DNA of 63,075 nucleotides, counting the filler, from Globobulimina sp. (lineage: Eukaryota), in NCBI GenBank assembly GCA_003354225.1. It is 36 parts of 36 records of this genome, joined end to end, with 100 filler letters (N's around TTAATTAATTAA, not from the genome) between each part and the next. Parts side by side here need not be neighbours in the genome. Positions count along the whole stretch, not along the records: positions 10,537 to 12,192 come from PIVH01013536.1; positions 12,293 to 13,948 come from PIVH01013537.1; positions 14,049 to 15,704 come from PIVH01013538.1; positions 15,805 to 17,460 come from PIVH01013539.1; positions 17,561 to 19,215 come from PIVH01013540.1; positions 19,316 to 20,970 come from PIVH01013541.1; 30 more parts are not named here. One strand, written 5' to 3'. Below are positions 10,575 to 21,070 of this stretch, piece by piece (position 1 is the first letter of the stretch; each line of letters starts with the position of its first letter). The position numbers and the translations under genes were made by a program. A model generated the notes under the pieces. That model did not search any database. It was given only the letters and a program-made list of their open reading frames with translations, and had not been told where the DNA came from.

Positions 10575-11684
10575 TTGGCAAATACCAATGCTTTGAATAA
10601 ATACAAATATAATTTAAATGGATCATTTGTTGTTAATGAAAAAACAGATCCATCACTAGTCCAAAAACATGGTTATTCTGGTTATAAATATTTTAATTTA
10701 ATAAATCAAATTGGAAAACCAAAAGAATTATTGTTTATGGAAAAGGATACAATAAAAAAAGTACTTAATTCACAAATTGCTGACTATAAAAACAATTTGA
10801 ATTATTTGCAAAACAATGTGATTGATTATGAATTATTGGTGAATGCATATATTCGATCTCTAACACATATACGTAGACTGCCTACAGATATTATTAATTT
10901 ATTGATTTTATTCAGTTCAAAAGCAATAATTACATCGCATAAAATAAAGTATATTTATAATGAATCGGCAGACTATGAGCCGTTTGAAGGGTGGAATGAT
11001 ATTCATAACAACACAGATATAGCTCAAAATATCCATAATTTGTGGGAGATTTCAAATATTAATAATGAATACTCGTATTATACTCAATTATTGTTTGATT
11101 CTATACACGCACTGATATTTGTCCTTGATATTTCGCAATACGATGAATTTGACTGTGAGGGCAACAATAAATTGATGACTGCTTTCAATGCATTCAAATC
11201 ATTTTATAATAACCCTAAAAACAATAATATTTTGCACGAGCGTTGGTTGAATCCACTGTTAATAACATTGCCAAATCATAATATCCGGAACAAACAATGT
11301 GGAAAAATTAGTGCCTATGTTATATTCAGCAAAATGGATATATTCAAACACAAATTAATGAATCAAAAAATATCAATAAATAAATGTCCATTGTTTAATG
11401 ATTATAATTATATTTACTATAAACCTGTATATGAATCAGAATTTAAACAGCATTATAAACATGAATATGAATCAACCGACTCTGATTATGAATCAATGAC
11501 ACTATATTTTATTAAACATAAATTAAAATCGGAATTGCGCATAAATAGCATAACAAAAACAGACATAAATTGGCCTACTTACATTTGGAATGGTACCAAC
11601 GACATTTTTAAAGACATATTATCAGATCAAAGATGCAAAAATAGTTTTTCTTCTAACATAGACTATAAAATGTTCACTGTATAA
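10575..11684 (+). CDS. Divergent heterotrimeric G-alpha-like protein lacking intact G-boxes (start uncertain)
   Basis: FDSIHALIFVLDISQYDE..NKLMTAFNAF..VIFSKMDIFKHKL..CPLFNDY parallels the G-alpha C-terminal half. Confidence 0.7.
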   Translation: MANTNALNKYKYNLNGSFVVNEKTDPSLVQKHGYSGYKYFNLINQIGKPKELLFMEKDTIKKVLNSQIADYKNNLNYLQNNVIDYELLVNAYIRSLTHIRRLPTDIINLLILFSSKAIITSHKIKYIYNESADYEPFEGWNDIHNNTDIAQNIHNLWEISNINNEYSYYTQLLFDSIHALIFVLDISQYDEFDCEGNNKLMTAFNAFKSFYNNPKNNNILHERWLNPLLITLPNHNIRNKQCGKISAYVIFSKMDIFKHKLMNQKISINKCPLFNDYNYIYYKPVYESEFKQHYKHEYESTDSDYESMTLYFIKHKLKSELRINSITKTDINWPTYIWNGTNDIFKDILSDQRCKNSFSSNIDYKMFTV

Positions 11685-11889
11685 TTTTCAATGTTTAGTA
11701 AAATCTGACACTTTATATATGTCTTTAATTATTATTGGACACAAAGAACAAAAAATATCATTACCGCCCAACTGCAACAAATATAACAAAAGAAAAGGAA
11801 AAGGCATCAAAAATATTTTCTTTTTTCCTTTTATAATCAATTGCAGGATACACACAACACATATTCACAAAACAAAACAAAAAGAAACA

Positions 11890-12192
11890 TCATGTATCAA
11901 TTAATTTAGCTATTTCCATTGAAATATTTATATTATTATCAACAACATACTTTCCTGTATTTTGTTGATCCTCTTCTTCTTCTTCCTCCTCTTTTTCATC
12001 ATGCATATTATCATCGACATCATCATCGTCATCTTCATCTTCACTGAACACATCTTGTTGGTTATTTTTATTTTTTTTTAACTGTGGATATTCTTTTAAT
12101 AACATTTGCTTATTTATATCAATTAAGTTTGACCTTTTTATATTTATATACAATTTTTGATTCGAACCCGTCTCATCTAAAACCACCGCAGA
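11890..12192 (-). CDS. Acidic C-terminal fragment of unknown protein
   Basis: Open frame from contig end with D/E-rich tract, convergent with the G-alpha-like gene. Confidence 0.55.
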   Translation of the reverse strand, partial: SAVVLDETGSNQKLYINIKRSNLIDINKQMLLKEYPQLKKNKNNQQDVFSEDEDDDDDVDDNMHDEKEEEEEEEDQQNTGKYVVDNNINISMEIAKLIDT

Positions 12193-12292
12193 NNNNNNNN
12201 NNNNNNNNNNNNNNNNNNNNNNNNNNNNNNNNNNNNTTAATTAATTAANNNNNNNNNNNNNNNNNNNNNNNNNNNNNNNNNNNNNNNNNNNN

Positions 12293-12487
12293 TATTGCTT
12301 AAAAGTACTTCGCATACATTTGAAAATGATGCTTTTGCTCCGAAAAAATAAAATAGAAACACAGCAAATGATATTATGGTTGACATGTTTTTTTTTTTAA
12401 AAAAACTTAAAGTTAAATCCGTGATTATAGCATGGTACATAGAGCCTAGGTTTCCTAAATAGTTGCCGCGCAACTATTTAGTTCCGG
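12293..12487 (+). repeat. Direct terminal repeat, copy 1
   Basis: Matches 13755-13948 except one T in a homopolymer and one A/C; period 1462 bp. Confidence 0.95.
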
Positions 12488-12585
12488 CCTTTTTCAGTAC
12501 AAAAACGAAAATGAGCAACTATTTAGTTACTATTTAGCAACTATTTAGGCAACTATTTAGGCAACTATTTAGGAAACCTAGGCTC
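12442..12585. mobile_element. MITE, 26-bp perfect TIRs, 8-bp target-site duplication
   Basis: GAGCCTAGGTTTCCTAAATAGTTGCC...GGCAACTATTTAGGAAACCTAGGCTC flanked on both sides by GGTACATA; internal GCAACTATTTAG repeats. Confidence 0.9.
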
Positions 12586-12811
12586 GGTACATAATGAATA
12601 CTTGCGAGATATGCTAGCTATTAATTATGTGATACCATATTATAATACCGGTATAGGTAGAATACAATGTTTAGAAAATATTGTAACATTTAGAATTAGT
12701 TTGAATAGATGTATTACAAAATTGCGAAAAACCACCAAAGACAAAAAAAAAAGGTGCGAAAATGCGAATACAGAAATCTTATATTTATTTATACAAAGTT
12801 TTTTTATTTTT

Positions 12812-13848
12812 TTATACAGATTTATTTAAAATTTCTTCATTTTCAGTTTTATCAATTTGAGATTCAGAATCTGCATAACTTGGAATAGTAAAATATTTTG
12901 AAATCCGCCGTTTAGTGTTACAGGTACAATACCAGACCGTTGCTAAAATAACCAATACATTTACCACAATAATAAGCGCCATAGATATGGTTAAATATGA
13001 TGGAACGAAGGGATTACGGAATATCAACGACGGGATACTTGGAATGGATGCAATCTCACTTGCGGCCACACGAATACATAAAATGGTTGGCGATGATGGA
13101 TTAAGCTGAGCAACCCCGGCGGAACCAGTTATTGCTCCTAATCGAGGAAAAGCAATACTTGATGCGTCTGAACATGCGGTATCGCCATAAACCATAACCC
13201 AGCACGAATCCGGTGATAAACTGGACAATATTGATATCGATGATGGCTTGACCTGAACAGTTGCACCGACATTGCTAAAATAACCATTTGCATCCGCTAC
13301 GATGCTCGAATCGGCTGCCATGTCATGCACTATCTCATCACCGCTATAATCTTCATTTGCAAATAAACTTAATTTACAATCTACACTCGTTGAAGCACTA
13401 TCCGCTTCAACCGCGATTTCAATACAATTTGTGGTACTATCACCTTGGAATATCGCGAGACTTGGAATATCACTACGAACCCGACCATTATGCGCAAAAA
13501 CACTCCCTGCTTTCATAAGACACCCAGAATCTGCATAAAAGGTCACCACACATTTCTTAAGCATCGCCATATTTTGAATAATTACCAGATTTACATTTGT
13601 AGGATACGTTGTTGCCCCGGCAATATACGTAACATAATCACCGGAATCCATCAATCGATGCTGTATATTAATATTATATTATATTTAAATTAGAAATTAA
13701 TTAATTAATATTTGTTATTCATCAACTTAACTTCAACATTACCGGCTAAATTTGTATTGCTTAAAAGTACTTCGCATACATTTGAAAATGATGCTTTTGC
13801 TCCGAAAAAATAAAATAGAAACACAGCAAATGATATTATGGTTGACAT
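12812..13848 (-). CDS. Type I membrane surface protein with two Cys-containing beta-rich (beta/gamma-crystallin-like) repeats; possibly frameshifted
   Basis: Signal-peptide exon MSTIISFAVFLFYFFGAKA (13848-13743), intron 13661-13742, repeats CVVTFYADSGC / CKLSLFANEDYSG / CWVMVYGDTAC, C-terminal TM; obvious splice sites are out of phase by one base. Confidence 0.7.
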
Positions 13849-13948
13849 GTTTTTTTTTTAAAAAAACTTAAAGTTAAATCCGTGATTATAGCATGGTACA
13901 TAGAGCCTAGGTTTCCTAAATAGTTGCCGCGCAACTATTTCGTTCCGG
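13755..13948 (+). repeat. Direct terminal repeat, copy 2
   Basis: Near-identical to 12293-12487. Confidence 0.95.
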
Positions 13949-14259
13949 NNNNNNNNNNNNNNNNNNNNNNNNNNNNNNNNNNNNNNNNNNNNTTAATTAA
14001 TTAANNNNNNNNNNNNNNNNNNNNNNNNNNNNNNNNNNNNNNNNNNNNCTTCAAAGCACAACTACTCGATTCTTAACTAGTTTTTATAAATTTAGTCAGA
14101 GATTTTTTTTTATTCAAAAACACTAAAATGGTGGACTGCACTTTTGGTACTTCAGAAAAAGTGTGCTTGCGATACAATGTGTATCATTTACTCTACTAAT
14201 TATATTGTTAACGTTATTTCAGAAACCACTTATTGTTATAATTCTTTGTTCTAATTAAA

Positions 14260-15108
14260 ATGGTAAAACCGAAGAATCAAGGATTTTGCCAACTGTGTGC
14301 GAAAAATGTGAAAGATTTATCCAACCATCGACGTAATGTGCACAATGAAAAATTTATAATTTGTGACTACTGTAATAAAACTGTTCGACGAAACCATTTG
14401 AGAAGACATACAAACAATCTACATCAAGGATTTGAACCAAAAGAACATTTGCCCAGTAAAGTGTGCCCCTACTGTTATAAAGATTTTTGCTACTCATCCA
14501 GTGAATTTTATGTGAACCATACTACTAGTTGTGTTAAAAATCCGGCATCAGACTTTCAACAGAGAGGTTTTCACTGCAATTTTTGCCCCAAAATGTTTCT
14601 TACTGCGCATAATCTTATGCTCCATACAGTGCGACGTCATGAAACTCAGGCAGAAGAACAAGGAGAGCCAGCGACCGAACTCGAAATTACAACATTTCAA
14701 GAAAACCTGGACCCCGAAAAATTGTTTGTAAAAACAAAAGAACATGGTAAAATTAGCGAAAGGTTTAAAGCATCTGAAAAAAATGTGCAGTTCAGGCTTA
14801 GTGAACTTGCGCTACGACTCTGCAGGGTTGGTTTGATACTTCCTGTTGTTGCAAAAATACTGACACATCTTATCGATATTGGTAAATACAACCCAGAGAG
14901 CTTAATTGCTGTTACACTTGACAGTCATGGACTGGACCATGGTCACAATAGTCCTCTCCAAAAAGTGAAACATTTCCAAATTGAACTTTTCCTGATGGAT
15001 TTCGAAAAGATAATAAACAGCAGTGATATCATTCAACTCCAAAATGAGGAATTAAACATTGAAATCCGAAACATTGACCTTGAAGGAATATTAAATCCGA
15101 AACATTGA
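14260..15108 (+). CDS. C2H2 zinc-finger protein with C-terminal domain resembling the N-terminus of Polinton/Maverick pPolB
   Basis: CQLC..HRRNVH, CDYC..HTNNLH, CPYC, CNFC..HTVRRH; then LIAVTLDSHGLD..PLQKV..IELFLMDFEKIINSS..LNIEI. Confidence 0.75.
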   Translation: MVKPKNQGFCQLCAKNVKDLSNHRRNVHNEKFIICDYCNKTVRRNHLRRHTNNLHQGFEPKEHLPSKVCPYCYKDFCYSSSEFYVNHTTSCVKNPASDFQQRGFHCNFCPKMFLTAHNLMLHTVRRHETQAEEQGEPATELEITTFQENLDPEKLFVKTKEHGKISERFKASEKNVQFRLSELALRLCRVGLILPVVAKILTHLIDIGKYNPESLIAVTLDSHGLDHGHNSPLQKVKHFQIELFLMDFEKIINSSDIIQLQNEELNIEIRNIDLEGILNPKH

Positions 15109-15451
15109 CCTTGAAGGAATATTTGCAAGATAATAATATTCCTAAATTGTTGATATTTTTGATATATACTGTATACATATATGCAATACATTGCCAGGTG
15201 ATTACTTTACCACTGTTTTCAAATAAAAACTAGATGAATTTACTTGTTCTGCAGATAAATGTTTTACAAAAACATGATCACCTATCTGAGTAAGGCACAA
15301 AGTATAGGCACCCTAATTAGCATATTAACCATAGGGATTGCACTCGTAACTGTGACGTCACAGATCGTGTACAAAGTATAGGCCTCCTATACTTTGTGTG
15401 TGTTTTCAATCCTCACTGGGGCGGCTGAAATCGTGTACAAAGTATAGGCCT

Positions 15452-15704
15452 GAACCTATATAAACCTATCAAAACCAATCAAAAACCTATAGAAAACCTA
15501 TAGAAGTATATAGAGTACATGTAGAAACCTATCAAAAGTTATAGAAAACATGTTGAAACCTATCAAAACCTATAGAAAACCTATAGAAACCTATCAAAAA
15601 CATATAGAAACTTTTCAAAAACCTATAGAAAAACTATAGAAAACCTATAAAAACATATCAAAACGTATAGAAACCTATATAAGACCTGTAGAAAAATAAA
15701 CCAA
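15452..15704 (+). repeat. Degenerate 10-11-bp satellite (AAAACCTATAG / AAACCTATCA)
   Basis: More than 20 imperfect tandem units running to the contig end. Confidence 0.9.
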
Positions 15705-15805
15705 NNNNNNNNNNNNNNNNNNNNNNNNNNNNNNNNNNNNNNNNNNNNTTAATTAATTAANNNNNNNNNNNNNNNNNNNNNNNNNNNNNNNNNNNNNNNN
15801 NNNNC

Positions 15806-17140
15806 GGCACTTTCCATGACTGCGTGCACGGCAATATGCGGAACACGCGCTTCTATGCCAACATCGATGAGGTGGACACCGGCGACGGGCGGCGGTATAA
15901 GGTGGGCGATATGGGCGTGGCTGAAATGTGCAACATATTCTGCGAGCGGCTGGGCCGCGGACACATCCATTTGGAATATTGCCAGTATCACAGCAAAGGC
16001 GAGAACTGCGTGGAAGAGGAAGGGCGGCGGCATCAGCGCCAAATCTATAAACCGGAGGAGAAGAAGGAAAAAGATGAGGTGAAGCACGGCAAGTTTTGGC
16101 GGCGCAAAAGGTGGAAAGATCCGTGTTTGGATAAATATAAACAAGACTTCGATTTATGTCCGTTTGTGTGCCAACACATCAGTCACAGAGAAAAGTTGCA
16201 AGCTCTCCAGAAAAAGCAAGAAGAGAAGAAAAAGCAGAGCCAAATGCAAAGCGAGGAGAAGAAGGACGAGGCGAAGCAGGACGAGGAGGACCAGAAAGGT
16301 GCGGAGGACGCGGAGGACGGCAGCGACGACGAAGAGAGCATTTATTGCATTCACAAATTGTGGCACAAAGCCACCACAGACCACGGCGGCCATACCTTTG
16401 AATGCAAGCATCCGTTCAACAACGCACATATTATCTTTTTGTGCGACCGCAATCAGTCTATGCTCAACGACGACGGCGGCGCTTCTTTGCCGACTTTGAA
16501 GTTTATCGCAGAATATAAGGAGGAAGAGAATGATGCGGCATTTTTCAACAATCGCTTGGGTTCGTTGTACGAAGCCATTTATAAGTTTATGAAGACTCGG
16601 ATTGAGCTAAAATGCCATGACAAATGCAGTGCGATTGTTTTCAGAGAAGGCTGACATTGCGGCGGATCACATCGAGACTAATCTGGATTTTGTGCAGAAT
16701 TATTTGTTGAAGTTGCGAGCGACGCGGTGAGTGCAGGCGGGAAGGATAAGGATAAGGACGATGCCAAAGAAAGCGGCTAAAGTGGCTCCAACATCAATTT
16801 GTATGCGGCGCTGACTGCAATGAAGAAAGTGGTGAACAACGAAGAAGAGGGCATCGTTATTATTCTGTGCGATGCGTCGAATGAGGATGTGAGTGATGAC
16901 GGGGCGGCGGAGATTGTGAAGCAGTTAAAAGCGAAAATGAAGAATAAGTTGTCTTTGCAGTGCGTGACTTTGGGTGCCGAGAAGCCGATGGATGAATTGA
17001 GCCAGATTTGTAAGGCTGGCAAAGGCAAAGAGATGGTGGTTAAGGATGGCTTGCAATTATCGGGCGTCTATATGAGCATTGCAAAAGGCATTGAAAATGT
17101 CGCCAAAAGTTTGAGAGGCGGCGTCTTTATGAATCTATAA
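15806..17140 (+). pseudogene. C-terminal Cys/His-rich + vWA region of a large GTPase-vWA-type protein, disrupted
   Basis: HGNM..MCNIFCERLGRGHIHL; vWA HIIFLCDRNQSM..NRLGSLYEAI..IVIILCD..LQCVTLG; frameshifts near 16643 and 16727 and in-frame TAA 16778-16780. Confidence 0.6.
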
Positions 17141-17560
17141 AAATAACTTTGTTTTTTTTTTGTTTTGTTTTTTGTTTTGTATTCCTTTTCGTGTGTATTT
17201 TGTTTTGCTTTTTGCTTTTTGCTTTTTTTGTGATGATATATACTTATTATTATTATGTAATTTATGTATAGGTCTCTTTGTTTTTTATGGTGGAGAGAGA
17301 ACTCTGTGATACAATTTCAGATTCTTTTGTATGTTTTGAAGATATCAAACCTGAGCTTGTTTAGAATTGAGTGATGTTGGTAGATTTTGAGGTGAACATA
17401 TGCTCTGCTATATGGAGAAGACATTGGAATATGAAACAACGAAAACCTAAACGACAATTANNNNNNNNNNNNNNNNNNNNNNNNNNNNNNNNNNNNNNNN
17501 NNNNTTAATTAATTAANNNNNNNNNNNNNNNNNNNNNNNNNNNNNNNNNNNNNNNNNNNN

Positions 17561-19215
17561 CAAACAGAACAAATATCATCAAAAGAAAAATTGTAATAAT
17601 GGCAATACAGATAATTGTATACATTCCACCAATTTTCATTATGAAGAGATTGGTTATCAATGATATGTTGAGCACATTTTTCGCCCAACATAAACGCCAA
17701 CGCCATTGTACCACCATTTGTAGAATATGGCCATATGGATAAATCAATGACACGTAATCCGTCTACACCACGCAATGAGCACTGTCCATCAACGGGATAT
17801 GTATCATCTGAGCCCAAATAGCATGCAACGACGGCCACGACGTCTCAAAAATCCACTCTCTTAAACATATCACAAAAAGCAAAAAGCGATCGCATGAGCA
17901 TCAGATATCAAATATCTGTACATACATTAATTGATGATGAGTACTAATGTTTAATCCCGGAGTAATTTCTCGAACAAATATACTTTTGTTAAATGCAAAT
18001 ATCTTTCTTAATTCTTGAATACCGTGAATGACAAGATCGTAATCTCTGGAATCAGCAAAATAGTTATTATAAACATTTGGAAATATTCTTGCATCCATGC
18101 TCTTTAATGTAATGCTTAAATTTTGTGAATGTACGGATGAATCGATGATTATATTCATTTTATCATTGTTAAGATCAGCATTGAATGCATAGACAGATAT
18201 ATCATTGTAATCATATCCCAATCTATCATACAAATTGGATGATAAAAATATTCGAACACTGCCTGTAATATCAAAATATTCTGTCGTGTTTAAAAAAGTA
18301 AAGACACTGTTGTTTGGATGTGTTGTTACATTGTTTTGATTTACCTGATAAACTAAACCAATATAAGCATGATCTTGGCCATATTTCCCGATCCTATCAT
18401 TCAAATAAACTGGTTTTATACCAAACTCATGTAATTGTTCCCTGCTCCCAATGCCAGATAACATCAACAATTGCGGCGATTGGTATGTTCCAGCGGATAA
18501 AATCAACTCTTTACTGCAATATACTGAATGTAAGCTGCCATTGCCGTCATAATATTCAACGCCAATCGCTTTGTTCTCATCATTGAATAAAATACGTTGA
18601 ACTGTAGTGTTATACCAAACAGTCAAATATCCACTCGGCATTCCGATATTTCGTATATATGATTGTGCCACAGATGAACGATAATAACTTGTATTGAATA
18701 ATCCTTTGCTACCATTTGGATATTTTGCAATATTAATTTCGCCAAAACCAACGCCAAATTGCGAATAAGTACCATGCTGATGATCATTATATGGCAAACC
18801 AAATTGTATTGCTGTGTTAAAAAATGCTTTTAATTTATGTTCAAATTTCTGTGGTGGTCGATTTTTGAGGATTATGGGTCCTTTATCCCCTCTCAAAGTG
18901 CTATTTTCACCCAAATATGTTTCTACTTTTTGATAAAATGGCAAAAAATCTTTAAAGGACCAATTGTCCAAATTTAAAGCTTGTGCAACATAATCGTAAT
19001 CATGAACGCTTACTCGCGTCCAATGTTGGCCATTATGCGATTGACAGCCACCTAAGATTTTAGCACGTGGCAAAGAAGCTGTTCTCTCTAAAAGTGTGTT
19101 GTTATAATTCCAAAACGATGGCATTGATGTAGTGTTCGCCCAGTTTAATTCTTTCACATTCTGAAACCAAGGCCTTTTAATGGAATTAATGGAGTTCCTG
19201 CTATAAAATCACCGA
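17561..19215 (-). CDS. GMC oxidoreductase (choline dehydrogenase-like), partial, apparent frameshift near the catalytic His
   Basis: PRAKILGGCQSHNG, KELILSAGTYQSPQLLMLSGIG, QDH, LRGVDGLRVIDLSIWP; intron ~17862-17925. Confidence 0.88.
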
Positions 19216-19315
19216 NNNNNNNNNNNNNNNNNNNNNNNNNNNNNNNNNNNNNNNNNNNNTTAATTAATTAANNNNNNNNNNNNNNNNNNNNNNNNNNNNN
19301 NNNNNNNNNNNNNNN

Positions 19316-19718
19316 GGGCGATGGAGAATATTTTGATGGAATAAAAAATTGCTGGTCAGCATGGAATTTGTATGTAAGAGTACTAACATTAAATTGTCAA
19401 AATGTATTGTTAAAAGATAAAAATATCAATGAAACGCATCTAATGTTTGCAAAAAAAGAATTAAATAAATTTGATACTATTGTTATATTGGATAAATATC
19501 AAACGCTTAAATTGTTAGACATTAAATATGGAATAAAATTAAAACAACTTCAAACTAAATCTCAATCGAAATATTTGATCCCTTATTTAATGAATACAAC
19601 AGAAAATAATAAATTGAAACAATTTAAGAAAATGTTTGTTGAAATGAATAAATTTGATTATATCTTGTATGAATACGCAATAACATTATCATTACAAATG
19701 TTAAAACAATATATTTAA
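19316..19718 (+). CDS. Sulfotransferase-family C-terminal fragment
   Basis: AKKELNKFDTIVILD...EMNKFDYILYEYA resembles Golgi sulfotransferase C-terminal motifs. Confidence 0.55.
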
Positions 19719-19891
19719 TATCGATTCGATATTTAGCTCAATAGCTAGTTGTGACTGCAGTGGTTGTGACGCGACGTAGAATATTTTGTAAGAATGAAAA
19801 ATAAATGAATTAGCTGGAAAGAAAATGCAACAAAAAAATAGCAAATTTGTCTTTCGTTTTACATTTGTATAATATATATATAATAATATAT

Positions 19892-20970
19892 TCAATAAAC
19901 AATAATTTTCGTATTATTACATCCCAAATAAACAGCTTTTATAATTTTTTTATTCGTTTTCTGTTTAACAATATTATTAATACAATGTGGCAATGTCACT
20001 TTACTCTTTCCATCAAATGTCAGACACTGATTATGCTGATTACTACCAAATAAATAATATTTAGCATTGCGCGTTTTACAAAAAGAGTGATAATTACCAC
20101 ACTCAATCTGTTTTATTCTACATTTATTATCAACAAAATATTGTATAAGTTGTGGTGTTTCAACACATTCGATATCAATGACATCCTCTCCATGTCCACA
20201 TTGCCCTCTTTTTGAGAGCCCCCAAGAATAACATTTCCCACTCACATCAATGGCTAAGTTGTGATATAATCCACATCGGATTTCAATAATGCGCTGTTTC
20301 ATATTCATTGTAAAGCATTTTATCTTTGTCGGTACGAATACATCCTCGCTATGACCGACCCCCAGCTGCGAAAAAGCATTATCTCCGCAGCACCATACAT
20401 GTCCTTCACTGTCCAATAAAAGTGTGTGTTCACTGCCTGTTCGAATTTTTATTATATTTTTATCATCAAAAAAATCCATTTTATGCCATTTGGATGTATC
20501 AACTTTATATTCCTCCTCGCAGCCATTGACACCATTCCCTCCGTAGGAGCTCATACCGCTGCAATAAACTGTGTTACTTTGAGTATATTTAAGAATTAAT
20601 TCCAAAATTTCCTTTGGAACACTGGTTGAGGACCACCAGCGAACAATAATTTTGATTGAGTCCTCCTTTGACGATAAAGCAATCGAATATGAATGAGCTG
20701 GCTGAATGTCTACAATATCAACAATTTTACTTAACTTTTTAACCAATACCGGCTTATTTATATTCTCCTTATGTCCAATACCTTAATTAGTTGTAGTTGT
20801 AGTTGAAGTATACAATTATTTTTTGATATTTTTAACAGCATTCATATGCATTCAAACCTAATTGAAATAAATCATTCCTTCCAGTCGCATATATTTTATT
20901 TTGTAATGTTATCCAAAATGAACAGTTGCCACCAACATTGGTGCATATTTTTTTAATTTCTGTCAGATTT
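19892..20970 (-). CDS. RCC1 repeat protein (5' truncated, intron ~20783-20858)
   Basis: IRTGSEHTLLLDSEGHVWCCGDNAFSQLG, IRCGLYHNLAID..CYSWGLSKRGQCG, IECGNYHSF. Confidence 0.9.
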
Positions 20971-21070
20971 NNNNNNNNNNNNNNNNNNNNNNNNNNNNNN
21001 NNNNNNNNNNNNNNTTAATTAATTAANNNNNNNNNNNNNNNNNNNNNNNNNNNNNNNNNNNNNNNNNNNN

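Noticed and set aside
16652-16780. Alternative genetic code or stop readthrough
   Set aside because: TAA and TGA terminate many intact genes here, and the lesions include frameshifts, favouring decay or error.
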